Shown here piece by piece: positions 48,533 to 64,000 of a DNA stretch of 64,000 nucleotides (its first letter is position 1; each line of letters begins with the position of its first letter). The position numbers were made by a program, and so were the translations under genes. Origin of the DNA: Amoebidium appalachense (lineage: Eukaryota; Protista; Ichthyosporea); assembly GCA_963693365.1 (NCBI GenBank), contig CAVNZM010000005.1, positions 2,996,202 through 3,060,201 of the forward strand. Direction: 5' to 3'. Under the pieces are notes generated by a model, which was given only the letters and a program-made list of their open reading frames with translations, was not told the DNA's origin and did no database searches.

Positions 48533-51500
48533 TTTGGCAAAAGAAACCTGTGTGATCAAAAAAAGCACGTAAGAACACGGAGAGAAAAAAATGATGTGAA
48601 GAAAACTCTTCGCTCACGACGCAACAAAGTGTGCTCCTGTATGGTTTGGTGGCAGGATCTGAAAAGCTCTCCAATCACCTTATTGCCAATTTCACCGCCG
48701 TGCATTCATCCTCATATACAAATAGCACATAGAAGTCGTATATGTGTAGGCTAAACTTCCACAACATCCGGCCAGATTCGAGGAGCGAAGAGCCGTTGCA
48801 CATGGACGTACTGTAACTGTACACACGGCAGCCACGGTAGGAACACGAGAGGGAAAAAACCCTAAGCTAACAGTATCACGCACCATATACATACAAAAGC
48901 ACCCACCTATATCAAAGGTGAAGTCAGGTCGTCTTTCCCAGTCCCAGTGAACGGCTCTACCCTTACGTACGCCTACAGGTCGGGTTCTTGCTGTGACACT
49001 TGAAGCAACTCAGTCAGTTTACTAAGGGCTTACTAAGCCCAGGCAACAGAGCCCGGCAGCAACTGTAACTGCCCATGATATACATTTTTAAACGTTTTTT
49101 TAGATGTGCTTTTAAAAGTCATTATGTTTTATAACTTTATAACTGCAACCAGACACTCGTAATAAATGAGCCTAGGAATAGAAGTGTTACCGTGCTGGCT
49201 TGGCCAATAGGGCGCTAACACGTATGGCAACTGCGCAAATTGCATTCCTTTCAAGGGAATGGCAGCTTTTTGAAGTCGGCCGAGCCGCGAGTCGGCCGAG
49301 CACAGCCACCTGGAACAGCAGTTGTTGTTCAAGATGGTCGTGGGGCAGAGGCCATGGCCGTGGGGAGTGGGGACGTGGGGAGTCCTAGCCCCACTGGGCC
49401 GAAGACTCGATACAATGAGACCTTGTTTTTTGCTCGAACAGTGTTGATCCGGAGTAATCTGTTTTCGCCCCTCAGTCTGCGGTACTGTACAGTAAGCTGA
49501 GGGAACCCGGCCCTTCATCCTGTAAATAGCAAGAGCTCACTCAAATCATGGTAGCAGGTGCTCTTCATTCACCAACTCGATGTCATAAATAAGTCGATCC
49601 ACGCGTACACTATAATAAAGCTAATGGCAATTGCAACAAGCTGAGAAGCTTCACTGTGGCATGCAGCTACACGGCTGGTGCCCTGAATGGATCCCGTGTT
49701 GCCTTGTTGCATGGCCATGTCAACCCTTCATATATAGGGCGTATACACCGGTGTGTATGCCGTATATGTACGGCATGCAGCTGTGGGTAGCGGGGGAGCA
49801 ATTTGGATATCTGTCCCGTTCCGACTGACACGAGCACAGCTGTAGCTACGTAGGTGTGCACGTTCACGCAGCATTCATACTGCCACGTGCGACTCTGGCC
49901 TCGGTTACAAAAGAGACCGAGCGTACTCTATTCTAGGAACAGAGCTCGAGAGAAAGTTTTATCGGTCTTGATAAATAAGATCTATAGTACCTCCAAAGGT
50001 AGCAGGCATCCATATTATTCAAAGGCCTTCTCTGTATTAAACACAACGCATGCATATGCAAGGCAAATGAAACCAAAGAATCTTTGCTCCGCAACTTAGC
50101 ATATATGTGGCTGTGACCAATAGTCATGGAAGTCGATCAGAGCACAGGGGGAAAGGAGGGGCGGGGGGGTAAACTTATTAAGACATCACAGGCCCGGCAG
50201 AGCCCACAAGACTAAGTCTTGCCCATCTGAAAGCCAAGGTGAGTCTTCACAAAAGTGTATAGACAGCTGGCGTGGAGAGCCCTTCACACCGTGATTCCAG
50301 ACGCAATGAGCACATTGCCCTTTATTTATCAAAGGATTTTTCCGCACCATCGCAGAAAACGTTTGCAACAACAAAGGCATACACCACCACACTGACAGGC
50401 AAAACACAAACGTACTAAACCACGTTGTACAAACACGAAACGGTTTAAGTAAAGGATGCAGGCAATGGACACGGGGATAGTTGGATCACAGGAGTACAGC
50501 CAACACAAAGCTGAGCACCAAAAGGCGGGACAAGCAAGCAAGCATATTGTTCGGAAGAAGAGCAAAGGGGGGAAGGGCGTAGAGGACAGTCAAGGACTTG
50601 CGGCCTCGTTTCGCAGACACGTACCTCGATGACCACCTGCCAGTGAGCAAATGTTAGCAAAAGGTGGAATGTGGTAAGCAACCAAAACGAGACAGCTACG
50701 AGTCATCAGTTGGTAGTGCATGTTTTGTTCTTTCACATGGATTCAGAGTAGGTAAGAGTTAACATCGCCTGACTCGTGCGTATGATCCTAGAGGGGCAGT
50801 TGTTGGTAAGGAGTGTTCGTACCTGGAGGGTATCAGCATGAAGTTCGCGCCACAACCAGGCCTGGCTTGCGGGTCGAAAAGCAGTGCATCTGGGAACAGA
50901 AAGACATAAAGTTAGACTTGCAGGTGGTCAGGGTAAAAGGTGAGAAAGCTAGAAGGTCTTGAGTCAGTAATCGATCGTTTGGAAACATCACATCGGTTCA
51001 GAAGCAGAACTGGTTGTGCAATGTATCTTCATCCCAAGAACATTCACCAAGATTACAGCCACACTAATGCTACACTACAGTGTGTAGTTATTATTTACAA
51101 AAGAGTGCTTCGCAGACAACGAAACGGAGAGAGGCGTTATCGATAGGCGTTAGGGTTTAGGAGGGCAGCACCAAAACAGGAGGGAGAGAGGGTGATGATC
51201 GTGGTGGTGGGGCAGGGGAACGAAAGGGGGAAGTTTGCTTACCACTGCCTGTGCATCGTCACATCTGCGTGCCGCCTTCTCCACACATCCCAAAAGCCAG
51301 GGATACGATGGATTGGTGCAGATGGATACGGATACAGTCAAGATTATCTACACAAGCTCCCATCAACACCATCGCCACCGCGTTCTCCGTTTCTTTTCCT
51401 CCGCATTTTCCCAACATCTCATCTGCTTGAAAGAGGTCGGCGTCAGGTGGATGGGGCAAACTTATACCTTCTCCCTCCTAGATTTAGCCTTATTTGGGCT

Positions 51501-53746
51501 AGTGGTGCGCTCCGTGCCAATCGGGCATTCTACGACCAGGGCTTGATAATTTGTACTGTGCGTCCCCTTGGGCCAGCCTCAGTTGGGCTGGCCCAGCAAG
51601 CAGTCACCCCTATGTAGGCCTGGGGCCCAGCTCCCACGGCCCGAGCCTTGTCCGTGATTACTAAAAAGCAGCTGCTCGAAAAGCTCTGGCCCTACACCTT
51701 CCCTTATAAGAATAAGCACAGGCCTGCCAGTGCACCGACCTTGCAGTCTGCACGTAAAACTGCAAGAAACATGGACAAACTCGGCTGTGCTGTTTTTCGC
51801 ACTCCATGGACCCATTCCTTGTAAAGCATGTGGTCACGGTATCATTTATTTCATAATGGTGAGATGGGATGCTCAAATAAGGTGACGCTGGGTTGAAACT
51901 GGGTACTATTAGCCGCGAGTTGCGAAAGGCGAAAGGCACAGGGATAGTCGTGTGGGAGACGTGAACGGTTACGAGGTAGCAAGGGTAAGTTACAAATTAC
52001 TATTTGCAAGGCAAGGTGAAGTTTGAAAATGTGCCAACTCCAAAAATATTCTTTCTAACTATCACCACTTCTTAATTTGACGTGATAAATATAACTAAAG
52101 GGCGTATTCCAATCATATACATATGTGCACCCCTGTTCGAGATTGGCTTTTCGTGTGCTAACTCTACCTGTCTTCTAGTCCTAGGATATTCATACTGCGT
52201 CATAACCTATACAAGAGAGCCCCTTTCAGGCCGCCCGTTGCACCTGTCTACGTCTCAACTGCACATCAGGCTCGCCATAGAAGCTCATCGCCAGGGGCAT
52301 TTCCGTAACAGTTGCAGTCAAATTTCCACCAAGAGCATAAGCTTTGGTTAGTGCCTCAGGGGGATCGACTTTTTCCTTCTTTCCCGCTGCTGCCACACCA
52401 ACGTTGTTTTTGCGCCATTCGAGCATCGAGGGGACGGAGAAGGTAAAATAGGGTAGGTAGGCAGAGGGAAGAAAGCTGGTGACGGGGGCAATGCAGCCAG
52501 ATAGGTTCCATGACGGATGAGACTCGACTCTGGCAGCCGCTTCCTCCTCTGGACAGGAACGGTTGTTAGTGATGGGTGGGCGGTCATGGGGCCAGCTTGT
52601 GTTTACAGTATCACGAGAAAGCCACGCGGCTCACTGGAAGTTCGGCTTGCTTGCCCACACCAACGCCTTACCCCCTACCCCCATATTCGTTTGCCCCCCT
52701 CCCTCCTTCCCCCCCCCCTCCCCCCCCCCCCCCCCCCCCCCGCCCCCCCTTTTTGTCTTCTCTTCGGAAGCTAAGCAACTAAGCATCAAAATAAATGTGT
52801 GTGTGTGTGTGCGCGCGCGCGCTCTTGTGTGCACTGGTGTCACGGTGTGTGTTTGTGTGAGGAGGGGGAGGGGAGGGGGGAGGGGGGGGGGGGGGGGGGG
52901 GAAGGGGGGAGAGGGGGGCAGGGACGGTGGGAAGAGCAGGGAAACAAATATCAATTGGAAAGTATCTTGGTCTTTCGAATTCAACATTTAAATTTCCAAC
53001 TCGGTGCATGGAAACACCTATCCATGTTTGGAATGTACATACAGACCCAACTTGAAATCAAAGCCCATAGTCCTTCATGTCAAGAACCGTAACGCGGGCG
53101 AGCACACGACCACCGACAAGGCTCTCTTTTGCACCCTGACGAGCATTTGGACAGAAAAACGTACAAGCCTCACACAGCATGGCAAACACAGCCTGGTACA
53201 AGCACCCTAAAAGCACAAAAGCCAGTAGTTACTATACCTGCACCAGCAGGCAAAAGAAATGCAGCTAGCGCGGGTATGAGAAAAAAGGATAGGAATAAAA
53301 CACACACGCTGGAAAACACACGCGACTTGCTTGAATCCCACACGCACCATACACAATGCCGGGAAACACAGCAGGCAACAAATGAAGCACTCTACTAATA
53401 ACACAAAGTGGTATCAACGATTTCCACTGAACACAACTTAGCGCATAAATTCAGAGAAGGTCCGAGAAGGAGAACTGAGGCACGAGAATAAACAGACATG
53501 CTGCAAACACACAAATTGTCCATTTGTAGGATGTGGTGCGAAATGCACACAATCAAATGGCAACGCCGTAATAACAGTGCGCACCCAAGCCCGGAGCACT
53601 GCCACAGCAAGACCCGCGCTTCACTATATTCTAGCTTTGCATATGTCATCCCGCACCCAGCCCCGTACGAGCAAGTCCTTTTTGAAGGCTGAAAACCTGA
53701 AGCCACTACACATGCTAGGGATACAGAGCACACGCAAGCTTCCATT

Positions 53747-53995
53747 TTAAGCCATACCTGTCCGTTGTTGCAATAGAACCTGAAGCCTAGCCCAGGCATG
53801 CTCTTGTTCACTGCGACACCAAGACAGCTCGTCTTGCATCATCTTTAGGTCTGCCTCAGTGATCACGCTTGTGTTTCCTTGTTCAATAGCTTCTGAGGCC
53901 TCTGTCATGGATGCCTCAAGCTTCTCCAGGCATTTTTGCGTGTTGTCTATTACTTGTTCCAGCTGGACCATCTCGGCAGACCGAGTTGCAGCCAT
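53747..53995 (-). CDS. Small hypothetical coiled-coil protein (82 aa)
   Basis: ATG-initiated (AAAATGG context), repeat-free ORF with helical E/Q/L/A-rich composition (LEQVIDNTQKCLEKLEASMTEASEAIEQ); no family recognised. Confidence 0.45.
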   Translation of the reverse strand: MAATRSAEMVQLEQVIDNTQKCLEKLEASMTEASEAIEQGNTSVITEADLKMMQDELSWCRSEQEHAWARLQVLLQQRTGMA

Positions 53996-54724
53996 TTTGT
54001 CTGTATCGGGCCTACTTAATGGTGTACAAACTGGGAGATCAGCTCACGATCGGACTCTGAAAAACGCACAAACCTCCGCAACTCTGCTCCACACCGCAGG
54101 AAAAGTAACAATTTGGGTATACGCTCAATAATTTGTGGCACGAACCAGTAGTGCGCATGAAAGGCGAAATGAACCATCTACACTAAAATTACAGAAATAC
54201 TCAACGTTCCCAGTTCCAACGCGCAATGTACATGTCAGTTCTTTTTATGGCACTGCTAGTATCACAAAGCACATCGATCCCGTGCGGTCACAAACTGCCA
54301 CTGGCTTATATGAACATCTGAGTTTCTATTGCCTTTCTGCTTCACCATAGCGCGGTATACTCAGTTTAATATTTGCATATGTTGGTCCTGCGGTGCGCAG
54401 ATAACCAATTATTGGAGCTAAATGCACTCGGCGATTGAACAGCGTGACTTTTTAAATCTCAACCCCCCCCCCCCCCCCCTTCTCCCGGGCCCCCCAACCC
54501 CCCCCACCCCCCAACACACCCCACACGCAACCCCAAAACAAAGATGTCGGCAACAACATGCATGCTGGTGCCCACACAGACAGCGGTATGGAACAAGGCA
54601 TAATATAACGGAAAAAAGAAACAATAAAAATAATCCCCCCCCCCCCTCCCCCCCCCACCAATACCTCCAGATTCCGGCCTACCTACGTACTATATGTTTG
54701 GTTTCCCTCAACTTTTTTTCTTTT

Positions 54725-54755
<31 letters not shown>

Positions 54756-55131
54756 GGGAAGCGAACTGTTCGTGTGCCGGTTCCAGAGTTATAAAAAGCA
54801 TGCACATATGGGCATGCCCGTATCTTTATGTAAAGAGCCTCATATTTTTTCCGCTTAGGGCAAGAAGAATCATAGCTTGTGTTTTGCTTATGCAGCGCAG
54901 ATACCTTGTTATTGGTAGTCAAACCGTTTATCTACTAACTTTTAAACACAATTATCCGGCTGGTGGCACCACGCGTACACGTTGAACCTCAGTGTGCAAT
55001 AAGTAGCTAACCTTATTTAGTAGTAGATCAAGGATAATTATCCGATGGCATATTTCATTTTTACCATCATGCATTATATGCGGAAGAAAAAAGAAAAAAA
55101 ATCGACCCATACTTAATTCAGACAGTATGGA

Positions 55132-61954
<6,823 letters not shown>

Positions 61955-62826
61955 CTTTCCTGTTCCCCACCCCGCCCAGTCAAGGCCCGCTGTGCGATAC
62001 ATCTAAGTGGCTAGATCATAGGAGAACGAGTTTTGGATTATACTATACTATGAAAAGAAGTTTTCCTATGCTCATACATTCATTTCTAGGCTTACGTTAG
62101 GCGCATCAAGTAGCATGAATAATAAGTCCTGAGTAAAGTAAGAGGGTGCATGAGCTAGCCGGGGCTTGGAAACTCAAAGTGGATGGAAGGGGGGAGGCTT
62201 GTGTAGACATGAAGATAACGAGAATCCACTGTCATAAGACGCAACTTGTTTTATGTTTTATGCACTATGGTATGCATTGCACGTAAGACCGAGCGAAGTG
62301 AGTGTGCACCTGTGTTATCCATACCCGTCTCCTTTTTTGTATCTGTGACGTGTCTTTGATCTTTTGTGTTGCTGCCGGTAACGGGCGCAAGAGAATTTAA
62401 AGACCCCGCGTCGATCAATTTGGCCAATCAACGGTAAAAAGATAAGCCTTGAAGTATTTTTAGCTCGCTTTCTTCAATCAGAGGCTATTTATAGCTACAG
62501 AGTTGAACTTAATGACTCGATATAGTCAATGATCGACGAAAAACACTACTGTGGCGCTTCCGTGGATGATGAATTGAGAGACAGACAGGTTCTCTTGAAG
62601 TTTCTCCTAGAGAGGTGTCGTAGCTTCAGAAATAAACGAAGATTCCAATTTAACACTTGCCAAAAACTTTAATAGTGGTTTCCTTTCCAATACAACGGGA
62701 GTCTGGATGCCACTACACTTGTTTTGACGTTTCCAACTTATGTGCTTTGTGTTGGTCCAGAAGGTTTACAGCACCTTCAGCTGACATCTTTTATTTCGAT
62801 TGGTTGTTATAGGAACAGCACTAAAC

Positions 62827-62938
62827 ATGCAATTTACCAAGGGTGGTGTTGAACAAGAGCACATCCTCCCTCCCGAGGAGCTCAAGAAAGTTAGGGAGAA
62901 AGAATGGGAAGAGGCGCGAAACAGAGAGACGACGTTGC
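62827..62938 (+). CDS. Probable first coding exon of a FAM192A/PSME3IP1 (NIP30)-like protein; continues beyond window
   Basis: MQFTKGGVEQEHILPPEELKKVREKEWEEARNRETTL followed by a strong GTAAGT donor; resembles the NIP30 N-terminal 'F…EL…R..EWE..R' pattern from memory. Confidence 0.45.
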
Positions 62939-63049
62939 GTAAGTGTCTTTGTGGTGTCTTCTCACGTTCTTCCGTCTCTTTGCTTTTCCCTTGCCACATT
63001 CTCCTTTCCTTCCCCAATCTCCTTCTTTCCCTCTCCATCCACCCTCAGT

Positions 63050-63137
63050 CTTTCTTCTTTCTCTCTCCCTCCCTCCCTCTCTCCCTCTCTCTCTCTCTTT
63101 CTCTCTCTCACTCCCTCCCTCCCTCCCTCCCTCTCTC

Positions 63138-63188
<51 letters not shown>

Positions 63189-63370
63189 CTCTCTCTCCCC
63201 GCCCCCCTCGCACTGTCTCTCCCCCTCCCCCCCCCCCCCCCCTCTCTTAATTGCTTTTTCTCTCTCTCTCACTCATACTCGCTCTCACTATCTTTCCCCT
63301 CCCCCTCTTTCCTCCCCCGACGTCCCCTCTCTCCCTCCCTCACACACACACACACATACTCTCTCTCTCT

Positions 63371-63466
<96 letters not shown>

Positions 63467-63496
63467 CGTCTCCCTTTCCCTCCCCGCCCACCCCCT

Positions 63497-63528
<32 letters not shown>

Positions 63529-63580
63529 CCCCCCCCCCCCCCCTCTCCCTCTCCCTCTCTCCCTCTCTCCCTCTCTCTCA
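63050..63580. repeat. (CT)n / polypyrimidine tract, intronic
   Basis: Directly visible long CT arrays. Confidence 0.9.
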
Positions 63581-64000
63581 ATCTCGCTCCCTGTGGCTCT
63601 TGCTTTCCCACATCTCCCCCTTTCTCTCTTTCTTCCTCGACCTCGCTTCCCCCTGTTTTCTCTTTCCTTCACCTTCCGCAACCCCCCACCCTTCTCTCTC
63701 TTTTTCTTTTGTTCCCTCGCCCATCTTCCTCTCTCCTTTCCTGCCTTCCCCTCCCCCCCCCCCCCCTCTCCTCCCTCCCTCCCCCCCCCCCCCCCCCCCC
63801 GCGCAAAAAAAAAAAAAAAAAAAAAAGATCCTCCCATCCTCCATAACCCCATTTCTCTTCCCCCTCCCCTCCCCCCGTCTCCCTTTCGCCTGTGTGTGTA
63901 TACAATTCTGCCTTTCGAACTCCCCCCTCCCCCCGGCGCCCGCCCGCCCCTTCCACCTTACTTGCCCTGTGTTACCTTCCTCCCCTGCTCTTTCTAAGTA

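Noticed and set aside
51150-51161. Telomere-like TTAGGGTTTAGG
   Set aside because: Only two imperfect units, which is expected by chance.

Overview
Eukaryotic, intron-rich genomic DNA. The gene content suggests an opisthokont, possibly a unicellular holozoan (inference only). Genes reconstructed by eye from splice-site-bounded exons: vigilin/HDLBP (+, 5' end outside the window, ends 16108), a CYP7-clan-like cytochrome P450 (+), NECAP (+), two decaying BTB-BACK paralogues in divergent orientation, DNAJC3/P58IPK (-), a small coiled-coil ORF (-), a sororin-like gene (-; KEN box plus C-terminal sororin motif) and the first exon of a probable FAM192A/NIP30 gene (+). A 488-bp Tc1/mariner-type MITE lies after vigilin. 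Almost all long ORFs in the supplied track are artefacts of poly-C/G, (CA)n/(GT)n and (CT)n tracts. The most striking signal is non-coding. Introns carry many copies of a short element family with a fixed 3' end (…GTACTTCGTAC…CATTCAA(A)) fused to poly-C, variable 5' truncation and partial head-to-tail tandems (unit about 435-455 bp). The unit contains a ~160-nt pseudoknotted RNA fold supported by compensatory changes between two subfamilies, plus GAA-triloop hairpins on the opposite (cDNA) strand. It looks like a poly-C-targeting, non-autonomous retroelement (possibly Penelope-like) carrying an RNA structure I cannot assign to a known ribozyme class.
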